The notes under the pieces: model-generated
Databases searched by the model: none
What the model saw: only the letters and a program-made list of their open reading frames with translations
What the model was told of the DNA's origin: nothing
Position numbers and translations under genes: made by a program
Part shown: piece by piece, positions 15,404 through 24,552 of the stretch
How the letters are laid out: every line of letters starts with the position of its first letter
How positions within the stretch are numbered: position 1 is the first letter of the stretch
From: Anaerolineales bacterium
GTDB lineage: Bacteria; Chloroflexota; Anaerolineae; Anaerolineales; UBA4823
Reading direction: 5' to 3'
Assembly (NCBI GenBank): GCA_041736465.1
Contig: JBGSTO010000706.1
Span: 6,588-70,587 of the forward strand
DNA: 64,000 nucleotides

Positions 15404-16663
15404 TTAATCCGGACCGATGTAGGTGCCGGGGTGAAGCAGCGTGCTCTTCGGCACCACCACGATCCCATCCTGGACAGCCCAGCTGCCGGTATCCAGCTCT
15501 GTTCCCTGGGGGAATGGCTTGATGACCACGCCTTCGCCGATGCGAACGTTCTTATCAATAATTGCGCCTTCGATCACGCAGTTTTTCCCGACCCCTATGG
15601 GGATTCCGGAGGCGTGCAAGGTCTGCGGGGTGTCGTAGTAATCTGCGCCCATCAGGTAGGTTTTGCTCATGCGCACGTCGTCGGCGATCTGGCTGCGCAG
15701 GCCAATCACGCAGTCGCTGATCTCGGCGCGGTGGATTTTGCAGCCATCTGCCAGGAGCACATTGTGGAGCGTGGCGCCATCGATAACGGATCCGGGCAGG
15801 TAGCGGGGGCGAGTGTAGATCGGGCGCACCGGATCGTAGAAATTGAAGGGTGAGTCTGGTTGAGCCAGGCGTAAATTGGTCTCGTAAAAAGAGCGCATGG
15901 TCCCAATGTCTTCCCAATAGCCATCGAAATCGAAACCGGCAACGTTATGGGTGTGAATTGCGTTGGGGATGATCTGCCCGCCGAAGTCCTCCTGGGTAGT
16001 TTCTTCCAGTAAGTCGATCAGCACATCGGTATTGAAGATGTAGATGCCCATAGATCCCAGGTAGGGGAACTCTGGATCTTCCCGGCTTACAAACTGCGCC
16101 AGCACATCGGGATCGCGGGGTTTTTCGACAAAGGCAGCAATGCGGTAGTCGGGATTGCGCTTGAGCAGCCCGAAGCGGAAAGCCTCCTGTGCAGCTACCG
16201 GTTGAACTGCCACGGTGATATCCGCATGATGCTCCCAGTGGAATTCTGCCATCAATCCGTAATCCATACGGTATAGATGGTCGCCGGCCAGGATGAGCAC
16301 ATATGGCGCCCCGGTTGCTTTGATCTCGAACAGCTGCTTGCGCACCGCATCTGCCGTGCCCTGGTACCAGTCTGCGCTGCGAGGGGTTTGCTCAGCTGCC
16401 AGGATCTGCACCCAGCCGCGGTGGAAATCGTCGAAGGTATAGGTCTGAGTGATGTGGCGGTGCAGCGACACCGAGTTGAACTGCGTCAATACCGCAATGC
16501 GGTTGATGCTGGAATTGATGCAGTTGCTGATAGGTACATCGATCAGGCGGTATTTCCCGGCGATGGGCACTGCCGGTTTTGCTCGTTGGCGGGTAAGCGG
16601 GTACAGGCGTTTTCCAACCCCACCTCCCAGGATGACAGCCAGAACTTCATTCAGCGATGGCAT
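15404..16663 (-). CDS. glgC: Glucose-1-phosphate adenylyltransferase
   Basis: AVILGGGVGKRLYPLTRQRAKPAVPIAGKYRLIDVPISNCINS plus a C-terminal left-handed beta-helix repeat region. 419 aa. Confidence 0.92.
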   Translation of the reverse strand: MPSLNEVLAVILGGGVGKRLYPLTRQRAKPAVPIAGKYRLIDVPISNCINSSINRIAVLTQFNSVSLHRHITQTYTFDDFHRGWVQILAAEQTPRSADWYQGTADAVRKQLFEIKATGAPYVLILAGDHLYRMDYGLMAEFHWEHHADITVAVQPVAAQEAFRFGLLKRNPDYRIAAFVEKPRDPDVLAQFVSREDPEFPYLGSMGIYIFNTDVLIDLLEETTQEDFGGQIIPNAIHTHNVAGFDFDGYWEDIGTMRSFYETNLRLAQPDSPFNFYDPVRPIYTRPRYLPGSVIDGATLHNVLLADGCKIHRAEISDCVIGLRSQIADDVRMSKTYLMGADYYDTPQTLHASGIPIGVGKNCVIEGAIIDKNVRIGEGVVIKPFPQGTELDTGSWAVQDGIVVVPKSTLLHPGTYIGPD

Positions 16664-16744
16664 AGCTTACCTCCGGATGAACATATCGTGAAAGAGCAGC
16701 GTTTCAGATAATGATGGATTCAGCAATCACGGCAAAATAAGACA

Positions 16745-16768
16745 CTCTCCGGGAATAGCCCCGGAGAG
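16745..16768 (-). terminator. Terminator for tRNA-Leu
   Basis: CTCTCCGGG pairs with CCCGGAGAG. On the minus strand it is followed by TCTTATTTT (complement of 16733-16741). Confidence 0.55.
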
Positions 16769-16810
16769 CGTGTGCTATAATCCCTTTTTGCCGATGATTG
16801 GGACTGTCTG

Positions 16811-16892
16811 TGCCGAAGGTGGGAATCGAACCCACACTCCCGAAGGAACACGATTTTGAGTCGTGCGCGTCTGCCTATTCCGCCACTCCGGC
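16811..16892 (-). tRNA. tRNA-Leu (anticodon CAA)
   Basis: The minus-strand sequence is GCCGGAGTGGCGGAATAGGCAGACGCGCACGACTCAAAATCGTGTTCCTTCGGGAGTGTGGGTTCGATTCCCACCTTCGGCA. The acceptor pairs GCCGGAG with CTTCGGC. The anticodon stem is CACGA/TCGTG with loop CTCAAAA. It has a long variable arm and a GTGGG-TTCGATT-CCCAC T arm. CCA is not encoded. Confidence 0.9.
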
Positions 16893-16916
16893 TCACTGGG
16901 CGATTGCCTCCACTCA

Positions 16917-16945
16917 AGTATAACGAAAGTTAGTAGCAGGGTCAA
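16917..16945 (-). promoter_or_regulatory. Promoter for tRNA-Leu
   Basis: On the minus strand: TTGACC (16945-16940), a 17-nt spacer, then TATACT (16922-16917), about 25 nt upstream of the tRNA 5' end. Confidence 0.5.
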
Positions 16946-16995
16946 GATCATGGTCGATACCAAAATATTCAAGCTCAGGGCCTGGGGAGAATAGC

Positions 16996-18066
16996 ATGCG
17001 ATTAGGCATTATAGGGTTACCACAATCAGGGAAAACGACCGTCTTTAACGCCCTTACTCGGGGAGATCAGCCTGTCAACATGAGCGGCGGGCGCATCGAA
17101 GTCCACACAGCCGTTGTGGATGTGCCGGACGGGCGCGTCGACCAGCTCTCGAACCTGTTCAAGCCCAAGAAGACCATCTATGCCAAGGTCACCTATGCCG
17201 ATATCGCTGGTCTGGAAGGGAGCGCCAGCAAGAGCGGAATCTCCGGACAGTTGTTGAACCAGCTCTCCCAGATGGATGGCTTTGTGCACGTGGTGCGCTG
17301 TTTCGAAAATCCAAATGTATCCCATCCTGCAGGCAGCGTCGACCCGCGGCGCGATATTGCCGCCATGGATGCGGAGCTGCTGCTCAACGATCTGATCGCC
17401 GTGGAACGGAAACTGGAAAAGCTGGGAGAAGAGCGCAAGAAGGGCGCCGGGCGCGATCGCGCCCTGATCGAGCGGGAGCTGGATCTCTTCAACCGGTTTC
17501 ACACGCACCTGGCAGCCGATCACCTGCTGCGTGAGATGGAGATTTCTGCAGATGAATGGAAAGTGATCTCCGGTTTTGGATTCCTCTCGCAAAAACCCAT
17601 GCTGCTGCTGCTCAACCTTTCTGATGGGCAGCCCGCTCCTGCGATTGACTATCCTCACCGGCACAGTGCGGTGATTGGTCTGCAGGGACGCCTGGAAATG
17701 GAATTGGCCCAGTTGTCCACTGCAGATGCCGAGATGTTCATGGCAGAATACGGCATCGAGGAACTGGGGTTATCCAAGGTGATCGGTTTATCGTATGATT
17801 TGCTTGGACTGCAATCTTTTTTCACCGTTGGGGCAGATGAGGTGCGCGCCTGGACAATTCAGCGCGGTACTCCCGCCCTGGAAGCCGCAGGCGTCATCCA
17901 TACCGACCTGCAGAAAGGCTTCATTCGCGCAGAAGTGGTTACCTACGAAGACTTGCTCAGCCTGGGAGGCTTGAACGAAGCGCGCTCCAAAGGCAAACTA
18001 CGCCTGGAAGGAAAAGAATATATCCTCCGCGACGGCGAGATCATGCACGTCCGATTTAACCTGTAG
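16996..18066 (+). CDS. ychF: Redox-regulated ATPase YchF (Obg-like GTPase family)
   Basis: The P-loop is MRLGIIGLPQSGKTTVFNALT. The C-terminal TGS-like segment reads FFTVGADEVRAWTIQRGTPALEAAGVIHTDLQKGFIRAEV. Confidence 0.9.
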   Translation: MRLGIIGLPQSGKTTVFNALTRGDQPVNMSGGRIEVHTAVVDVPDGRVDQLSNLFKPKKTIYAKVTYADIAGLEGSASKSGISGQLLNQLSQMDGFVHVVRCFENPNVSHPAGSVDPRRDIAAMDAELLLNDLIAVERKLEKLGEERKKGAGRDRALIERELDLFNRFHTHLAADHLLREMEISADEWKVISGFGFLSQKPMLLLLNLSDGQPAPAIDYPHRHSAVIGLQGRLEMELAQLSTADAEMFMAEYGIEELGLSKVIGLSYDLLGLQSFFTVGADEVRAWTIQRGTPALEAAGVIHTDLQKGFIRAEVVTYEDLLSLGGLNEARSKGKLRLEGKEYILRDGEIMHVRFNL

Positions 18067-18128
18067 CGGCATCAGGTATAATTTCCAAACACATAATTCC
18101 CCTGCCGGAGAAAGACGAGATACCCACT

Positions 18129-19910
18129 ATGACTCTCCCTTATACGCAGACCCAATGGAACCTGGCTCCGCTGTTTCCTGCGGTCGAATCGCCTGAGGTG
18201 CGCCAGGCGGTTGACGAACTGAAAGCACAGGTCAATGCATTCGAAGCCAACCGCAGCAGACTAAGCCAGGAGATCTCAGCTTCAGACTTCTTCGAGATCG
18301 TGCATACCCAGGAAAAGATCAGCCACCTGGCCTACCGGCTGTACGGCTTTGCCGGGCTCAGTTTTACCGCCAACACCCAGGACCAGGCAGCCATGGCTTT
18401 CTTGGGGCAGGTAGAGCAGCTCATGGCGGAGCTGCAAAACCGTATCCTGTTTTTCAGCCTGTGGTGGAAAGATTTGGATGACGATAATGCCAACCGGCTG
18501 ATGGCTGAAGCAGGTGATTATCGCTACTGGCTGGAAGAGATGCGTCACTTCAAGCCGCATACGCTGTCAGAGGCGGAAGAGAAAGTTATCAATCTTAAAA
18601 ATGTTACCGGGTCGAGCGCGCTGAGCAACCTGTACGATACCATTACCAACCGCTACGTTTTCAAGCTGGAGGTGGATGGCGAGATTAAAGAGTTAACCCG
18701 CGGTGAATTGAGCATGTATGTGCGCGGCAGTGACCCGGATCTGCGCGCCCGCGCTTACCAGGAGTTATACCGGGTATATGGGGAAGAAGGTTCGATCCTG
18801 GGACAGGTATATCAAACTTTAGTGCGAGATTGGAAAAACGAGCAAATAGAATTGAGGAACTTTGCCAGCCCAATCTCTGCCCGCAACCTGGCGAATGACA
18901 TCCCGGATCAGGTAGTGGAGACCCTGCTGGAGGTATGCGAGCGCAATGCCCCCCTCTTCCAGCGCTATTTCCGCTTGAAAGCTCGCTGGTTGGGGCTGCC
19001 TCGCCTGCGCCGCTATGACATTTATGCGCCTGTGGCAGCTTCTGAAAAGACCTATGCGTATGGTGATGCCGCCGAGATGGTTCTCGAGTCTTTCCAGGAT
19101 TTCGATCCGCGGGTCGCCAGCCTGGCGCGCCGCTTATTCGATGAACAGCGGCTTGACAGCGAAGTGCGCAAGGGCAAGCGCGGCGGGGCTTTTTGCAGCA
19201 CGGTTGTACCGGATCTGACTCCCTGGGTGATGCTCAACTACCAGGGTCGTGCAGACGATGTTGCTGCCATGGCGCACGAGCTGGGTCATGCCGTTCACTC
19301 GATGCTGGCAGCGCACCACAGCCTGTTCACCTTCCATCCCTCTTTGCCCATGGCAGAAACGGCCTCCACATTTGCTGAGATGCTTCTCGTCGACAAGCTG
19401 CTTTCTAATGAACAGGACGAATCCGTGCGCCGCGACCTGCTTTTCCGGCAGATGGATGATGCCTACGCGACGATCATGCGCCAGTCCTTCTTCGCCATGT
19501 TCGAACGCCAGGCGCACGAGATGGTGCAGCAGGGCGCTGCCGTGGATGATCTGTCGAAAGCGTACATGGATAACCTTGCTCGGCAGTTTGGGGATGCGGT
19601 TGAGGTCAGCGAGGAATTTCGTTGGGAATGGGTCTCTATCCCGCATATCTACCAGGTGCCTTTCTACGTCTATGCGTACACATTTGGGCAGCTGCTGGTG
19701 CTGTCGCTCTACCAACAGTACAAGGCCGAGGGTGAATCCTTCAAACCAAGGTATCTGAAGATCCTGGCGGCGGGCGGCTCCGATGCCCCCGGGCGGGTGT
19801 TGAGAGAAGCCGGCATCGATATCTCCAGGTCCGAGTTCTGGCAGGGGGGCTTCGATGTGCTGGCAGCAACCCTGGACCAGCTTGAGAAGCTGCCTGTTGC
19901 CAATGCCTGA
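18129..19910 (+). CDS. pepF: Oligoendopeptidase F (M3B family)
   Basis: 593 aa. The zinc site is HELGHAVH with a downstream ETASTFAE. The overall layout is typical of PepF. Confidence 0.88.
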   Translation: MTLPYTQTQWNLAPLFPAVESPEVRQAVDELKAQVNAFEANRSRLSQEISASDFFEIVHTQEKISHLAYRLYGFAGLSFTANTQDQAAMAFLGQVEQLMAELQNRILFFSLWWKDLDDDNANRLMAEAGDYRYWLEEMRHFKPHTLSEAEEKVINLKNVTGSSALSNLYDTITNRYVFKLEVDGEIKELTRGELSMYVRGSDPDLRARAYQELYRVYGEEGSILGQVYQTLVRDWKNEQIELRNFASPISARNLANDIPDQVVETLLEVCERNAPLFQRYFRLKARWLGLPRLRRYDIYAPVAASEKTYAYGDAAEMVLESFQDFDPRVASLARRLFDEQRLDSEVRKGKRGGAFCSTVVPDLTPWVMLNYQGRADDVAAMAHELGHAVHSMLAAHHSLFTFHPSLPMAETASTFAEMLLVDKLLSNEQDESVRRDLLFRQMDDAYATIMRQSFFAMFERQAHEMVQQGAAVDDLSKAYMDNLARQFGDAVEVSEEFRWEWVSIPHIYQVPFYVYAYTFGQLLVLSLYQQYKAEGESFKPRYLKILAAGGSDAPGRVLREAGIDISRSEFWQGGFDVLAATLDQLEKLPVANA

Positions 19911-19982
19911 TTGCGCAGGCCCTCTAATCCAACCGGACCCAGCCACTCAACTGCCTCCGGGATCACGCCGGTATGGAATGAT

Positions 19983-20693
19983 ATGATAGAGCAACCATCT
20001 CTCGACATGATTGAACTCTTCTCCGGCGCTCTGCAGGCGTTGAAAGACCAGAGGGAGCGGTTAAATCAAGCCGATGCCACCAACGGCAATCATGGAGATC
20101 ATATGGTTGCTATCTTTGAGGTGGCAGTTCAGGCTGCCCGTGCTGAGCAGGCAGCCTTGACCGGGCAGAGATCCGGCGTTCAAGGTGTTGGCATCTCGGC
20201 TGCCATGCTGCAAGCCAGCCGGCAATTGGAGAATTTGGAAAATAATGACTCGGCCCGGCTGTATGGGCGAGGACTGGCGCTGCTGGCACAGCGGCTCCAG
20301 GAACGCACGCTTGAGCTCGACGATTTAGCAGCTTACGCCAGCTCTCTTTTGAGCGCCAAAGAGGACCAAACGGAGACCAAACCACCTGCTTCCGAGCGGG
20401 AATTGGATGTTGTCAAAGCGCTGTTGGACGCGCTGTCCGATTGGGAGCGGCACGAAACCAACCGGTTGAAAACTCCTGCGGAGCAGCAGACGCAATCGGG
20501 CACGGACCTGGGATATTTGTTTGGAGCAGGTATGGCATATCTGCAGGCCAAAGCAAAAGGCGGCGATCGCCTGGACATCCTTGCAGAGACAGCGGTGAAT
20601 GCCTCCCCTCTGGGCCGCGCTGCTCACCGGGCCGAGTCAGGCAGGCTGGTGCTCCGTACGCTGCTGCAATCCCTTGCTGGAGGCAGTCGCTGA
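19983..20693 (+). CDS. DAK2/DhaL-like domain protein with degenerate nucleotide-binding motifs
   Basis: LNQADATNGNHGDHMVAIFE resembles the DhaL LDxxxGDGDHGxNM motif with Asp changed to Asn. NNDSARLYG aligns with GGxSGxLYG. The start is uncertain; the track ORF begins at 19911. Confidence 0.45.
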   Translation: MIEQPSLDMIELFSGALQALKDQRERLNQADATNGNHGDHMVAIFEVAVQAARAEQAALTGQRSGVQGVGISAAMLQASRQLENLENNDSARLYGRGLALLAQRLQERTLELDDLAAYASSLLSAKEDQTETKPPASERELDVVKALLDALSDWERHETNRLKTPAEQQTQSGTDLGYLFGAGMAYLQAKAKGGDRLDILAETAVNASPLGRAAHRAESGRLVLRTLLQSLAGGSR

Positions 20694-20775
20694 CGATACT
20701 TGCAGGCGACTGGACAGACTCTGCCGTGAGGTTTGCAGATAAGAGCAACCTTGACGGCACACAGGATGGAGCTTT

Positions 20776-21438
20776 ATGTACATTGCGATCGAGGGCGTAA
20801 TCGGCGTTGGTAAAACCACACTGGCGCGGCTCCTGCAGCCTGCGTTTCAGGCGGAATTGCTGCTGGAAGTCTTTGAGGAAAACCCATTCCTGTCTGATTT
20901 TTATGCGGACCGCGATCGATACGCCTTCCAAACTCAGATATTCTTCTTATTGAGCCGTTATCACCAGCAGCGGCGCTCTGTGCCCGATGCACTGCAGCGC
21001 AGCGGGAACCTGATCTCTGATTACACTTTTGAAAAAGATACGCTGTTTGCGCGCATCAACCTGTACGGCGATGAACTGGAAATGTATTTCCGCGTGCACG
21101 AAGCCCTGGCAGAAAAGATAACCTTGCCAGACTTGATCATCTATCTGCGGGCTGATACGGACGTACTCATGCAGCGCATTGCACAGCGAGACCGCACATA
21201 CGAGCGGAACATGGAGCGCGCCTATATCGACCAGTTGAATCAGACTTATGAGCAGGTATACTTAAATCCGGAACGCGCCAGGTCCCAGGGCGTTCCCATC
21301 CTTGCGATTGACACCAATGCGCTGGATTTTGTCCGCAGCCTGGACAATCTGGCTCAGGTAGAAAATCGCATCCGCCAGGCCTTACACCTGTCGCCTTTCC
21401 AGGCAGAGCTGCCGTTGGATGCCGCTCACGAGATGTGA
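20776..21438 (+). CDS. Deoxynucleoside kinase
   Basis: The P-loop is MYIAIEGVIGVGKTTLARLL. The ENPFL, DRY..FQTQIFFLLSRY and RDR motifs are typical of the dAK/dGK family. Confidence 0.85.
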   Translation: MYIAIEGVIGVGKTTLARLLQPAFQAELLLEVFEENPFLSDFYADRDRYAFQTQIFFLLSRYHQQRRSVPDALQRSGNLISDYTFEKDTLFARINLYGDELEMYFRVHEALAEKITLPDLIIYLRADTDVLMQRIAQRDRTYERNMERAYIDQLNQTYEQVYLNPERARSQGVPILAIDTNALDFVRSLDNLAQVENRIRQALHLSPFQAELPLDAAHEM

Positions 21439-21479
21439 TGCTCCGATCGTAGTTGAGAAATGGGAGCGAGAGGGATAGA

Positions 21480-22496
21480 ATGCGCATCAACCGAGACACG
21501 CTACTCAAAATAACCGCGGACACTGTCCGGCAGCGAACTCGCGCCGGCAGCGATGTGATATCTGCATATCTGAGCGGATCGCTGTTAGGGGACGATTTCA
21601 TGCTAGGCGGCTCTGCCGACGTAGACATCACCTTCATTCACCTGCAAACGCCGCAAGCCGATCGAGAAATTGTGCCGGTTACGGAAGATGTGCACCTGGA
21701 CATTGCGCACTACGTGCAAAAAGATTTTCGTGATACCCGCACGCTGCGCTTGCATCCCTGGATGGGCCCTACCTTGTTTGCTTGCAAACCATTGTATGAT
21801 CCCCAGCATTTCCTGGATTTCACCCAGGCGAGCGTGCGCGGTCAATTCGACCGCCCCGATTATATATTGCAGCGCTCGCGACAGCAGTACGAGCACTCTC
21901 GCCAGATGTGGATGTCTTTTCATACTTCTCGGGAAGAACATACCTCCACCGGCGACCTGCTGCGCTACCTGCGCTCCGTGGAGCATGCCGTCAACGCCGC
22001 TGCCAGCTTGAGCGGGCTTCCGCTGACTGAACGGCGGCTCGTGCTGGCATTCGGTGAGCGGGCGAACGCATTGGGACGCCCGGGGCTGCTTCCTGGGTTG
22101 ATCGGTCTGCTGGGCGGGGCGAATGCTGGAGGACTCGGTGATCTGCAGCATCTCCTGGCAGCATGGCGAGATACGTGGAATGCCGCAATCGAAGAAAACT
22201 CGGTGGTGCTGCCGGCGCGCTTGCAGCCCGCAAGGATGGGCTATTACGCCAGGGCTTTCGATGCAATTCTGAAAGGGGATACGCCCCAGGCGATACTTTG
22301 GCCCTTGCTGCGCACCTGGACTCAAGCGGCTGGCTTGCTGCCGGAGGGACACACCCAGCGGCAAGTATGGCAGAAATCGGTTGCTGGGCTGGGCCTGGTG
22401 GGCGAGGCGCTCGCCGAACGAGTGCAGGCCCTCGACAGCTACCTGGATATGATTGACGAAGCGCTGGATGACTGGGGGCGGGCAAACGGGGTTTGA
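21480..22496 (+). CDS. Hypothetical protein, possibly with a nucleotidyltransferase fold
   Basis: ATG 21480 follows GAGAGGGA. LSGSLLGDDFMLGGSADVDITFIH resembles the GS...DxD pattern of the Pol-beta NTase fold. The rest is unassigned. Confidence 0.5.
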   Translation: MRINRDTLLKITADTVRQRTRAGSDVISAYLSGSLLGDDFMLGGSADVDITFIHLQTPQADREIVPVTEDVHLDIAHYVQKDFRDTRTLRLHPWMGPTLFACKPLYDPQHFLDFTQASVRGQFDRPDYILQRSRQQYEHSRQMWMSFHTSREEHTSTGDLLRYLRSVEHAVNAAASLSGLPLTERRLVLAFGERANALGRPGLLPGLIGLLGGANAGGLGDLQHLLAAWRDTWNAAIEENSVVLPARLQPARMGYYARAFDAILKGDTPQAILWPLLRTWTQAAGLLPEGHTQRQVWQKSVAGLGLVGEALAERVQALDSYLDMIDEALDDWGRANGV

Positions 22497-22504
22497 AGCT
22501 GGAC

Positions 22505-22559
22505 GTTTCACGTGAAACCTGATCGCCTCATCGCGCCGGACTGTTTCACGTGAAACCTG
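22505..22559. promoter_or_regulatory. Two identical 17-bp elements, each containing the perfect palindrome GTTTCACGTGAAAC
   Basis: GTTTCACGTGAAACCTG occurs at 22505-22521 and again at 22543-22559, 38 bp apart. The pair starts 9 nt after the stop of the upstream gene and about 390 bp upstream of pdxS. Confidence 0.4.
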
Positions 22560-22878
22560 CCGGGGGTTAGTGCCCTTTTTAACGCAGCGGCTGCACTGTG
22601 CGCTGCCCAGGATCAAGCTCAACACTACTTACGCTACGGATCTGCCAGAGATTAAGAATTTTACTCGGCAGCGTGTGTTCATTTTTAGACTTGGCTCAAG
22701 AGTGATTTCCTTTGGAATAAATAGTTCAATGATCGTTGAACTATTTCGGCGGGTTGCTTGTCGCCGGTGAGGGAACCCGTTGGATCAGGTTTACCGGAGC
22801 ATCAGAGCGGATCGACCAGGGGAGGATTAAGCGCGGGTTAGAGCTGATCGATTATTTATTGCACGAGCAGGCTCTGGA

Positions 22879-22907
22879 TTGTCACGCAATCCCCTGCGTG
22901 GTAGAAT
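22879..22907 (+). promoter_or_regulatory. Promoter for pdxS-pdxT
   Basis: TTGTCA (22879-22884), a 17-nt spacer, then TGgTAGAAT (extended -10, TAGAAT at 22902-22907). The imperfect hairpin CTGGGGTCTA/TAGACCCAG abuts the AGGAGG RBS. Confidence 0.5.
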
Positions 22908-22950
22908 GATTAAAAACTGGGGTCTAATTTAGACCCAGGAGGTAGATTTT

Positions 22951-23838
22951 ATGGAACAGCAGATAGCGACTTTTGCAGTAAAAAAGGGCCTGGCTCAAAT
23001 GCTCAAGGGCGGGGTGATCATGGATGTTGTCACGCCAGAGCATGCCCGCATCGCCGAAGATGCCGGTGCGGTAGCCGTGATGGCCCTGGAGCGTGTTCCT
23101 GCGGATATTCGCGCCGACGGCGGCGTGGCGCGCATGAGCGATCCTGAGCTGATCTTGAAGATCATGGATGCGGTTTCGATTCCGGTGATGGCAAAGTGCC
23201 GCATTGGGCATTTTGTGGAGGCCCAAATCCTGGAAGCGATCGGCGTCGATTACATTGACGAATCCGAGGTGTTAACACCGGCTGATGAAGCCCACCACAT
23301 TAACAAGCACCCCTTCAAGGTGCCCTTCGTTTGTGGGTGCCGCAATCTGGGTGAGGCCCTGCGCCGCACCGGTGAGGGCGCAGCCATGATCCGTACCAAG
23401 GGCGAAGCGGGCACCGGTGATGTGGTCGAGGCGGTTCGCCATGCGCGTGCCGTATTGGGCGCCATCCGCCGGATCCAGAGCATGCCCGAAGAAGAGTTAA
23501 TGGCTTATGCTAAGGAAATTGGCGCACCGTATGAGCTTGTGCTCGAGACCCGCAGCCTGGGACGCTTGCCGGTGGTCAATTTTGCTGCCGGCGGCATTGC
23601 TACCCCGGCAGATGCGGCGCTGATGATGCAGTTGGGCGTGGATGGTGTGTTCGTTGGCTCCGGCATCTTTAAATCGGGCGACCCATCCCGGCGCGGTGCA
23701 GCCATCGTGAAAGCTGTTACCCACTACAACGACCCCTATATCTTGGCAGAAGTCAGCCGCAACCTGGGTGAACCGATGGTGGGACGCCAGATTACGAGCA
23801 TTCCGGAAGCAGAACTGATCGCCGGTCGCGGCTGGTAA
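22951..23838 (+). CDS. pdxS: Pyridoxal 5'-phosphate synthase, synthase subunit
   Basis: [42 protein letters not shown]...[10 protein letters not shown]...[10 protein letters not shown] is highly characteristic of PdxS. Confidence 0.95.
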   Translation: MEQQIATFAVKKGLAQMLKGGVIMDVVTPEHARIAEDAGAVAVMALERVPADIRADGGVARMSDPELILKIMDAVSIPVMAKCRIGHFVEAQILEAIGVDYIDESEVLTPADEAHHINKHPFKVPFVCGCRNLGEALRRTGEGAAMIRTKGEAGTGDVVEAVRHARAVLGAIRRIQSMPEEELMAYAKEIGAPYELVLETRSLGRLPVVNFAAGGIATPADAALMMQLGVDGVFVGSGIFKSGDPSRRGAAIVKAVTHYNDPYILAEVSRNLGEPMVGRQITSIPEAELIAGRGW

Positions 23839-23935
23839 ATTTGCGTCCATCTTTTCCGTACAAACAGGACGCTCGGACTGCCTGCCGCGAGGATCAAGGA
23901 CAGGTAGTTTGGCTGTGGGTTATGCGGGTGCTTTC

Positions 23936-24544
23936 ATGCGAATAGGTGTGCTTGCTTTACAAGGCGATTTCGCCGAACACATCGCCATGCTGCAGCGGTT
24001 GAATGTGGAAACTGTGCAGGTGCGTTTGCCAGAACATCTGGCAGATCTGGACGGCTTGATTATCCCTGGCGGAGAGTCTACCACCATCGGAAAACTGGCT
24101 GTGGATTTTGGCTTGATGGAGCCGCTGCGCCAATTTGGCGCCAGTAAGGCTATCTGGGGAACCTGCGCCGGGGCTATCTTTCTCTCCGGCGATGCTCGCC
24201 GCCCACAACCGCTGCTCGGTCTGATGGATATCACCGTAGAGCGCAACGCTTTTGGACGGCAGATAGCCAGCTTTGAGGTAGATCTGGATGTGCCTGAGCT
24301 GCAGCTCGTGGATTCCAGCGCCCAACCTTACCACGCCGTGTTCATCCGCGCTCCGCTGATCGAAGCGGTGCAGGGCGATGCGCGTGTGTTGGCGCGCCTG
24401 GAGAATGGTCGCATTGTAGCCGCACGCCAGGGGCGCCTGTTGGCGACTTCTTTCCATCCCGAATTGACCCGTGATGACCGCTTTCACCGTCTGTTCTTGC
24501 TCATAGCTTCAGGGGTTCAGGAGAGCAGAGTAGCTTCTGTATAA
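23936..24544 (+). CDS. pdxT: Pyridoxal 5'-phosphate synthase, glutaminase subunit
   Basis: MRIGVLALQGDFAEH..., GLIIPGGESTT, GTCAGAIFL (nucleophile Cys), FHPELT. I chose the start at ATG 23936, in frame with the track ORF at 23909. Confidence 0.9.
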   Translation: MRIGVLALQGDFAEHIAMLQRLNVETVQVRLPEHLADLDGLIIPGGESTTIGKLAVDFGLMEPLRQFGASKAIWGTCAGAIFLSGDARRPQPLLGLMDITVERNAFGRQIASFEVDLDVPELQLVDSSAQPYHAVFIRAPLIEAVQGDARVLARLENGRIVAARQGRLLATSFHPELTRDDRFHRLFLLIASGVQESRVASV

Positions 24545-24552
24545 AGATCTGG

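Noticed and set aside
16773-16781. An extended -10-like TGCTATAAT on the plus strand, pointing through the antisense of tRNA-Leu toward ychF
   Set aside because: It has no -35. It would transcribe antisense to a tRNA gene. A single hexamer match in an AT-richer spacer is weak evidence.
19134-19946. A 270-aa minus-strand ORF inside pepF
   Set aside because: It is antisense to an M3B peptidase that carries the HELGH zinc motif, and it has no features of its own.
22505-22559. Reading the GTTTCACGTGAAAC palindromes as intrinsic terminators of the upstream gene
   Set aside because: Palindromes without a spacer give only a 5-bp stem with a 4-nt loop, and no U-tract follows. Kept instead as candidate operators.
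21603-22625. A 340-aa minus-strand ORF
   Set aside because: It is antisense to the better-supported plus-strand gene 21480-22496. Its composition is Arg/Pro/Gln-rich. It has no RBS and no recognisable domain.
22570-22770. A 66-aa ORF in the pdxS upstream region
   Set aside because: It has no RBS and lies in AT-rich intergenic sequence that contains hairpins (AAATAGTTCAA-N6-TTGAACTATTT at about 22719-22746). It is probably non-coding.
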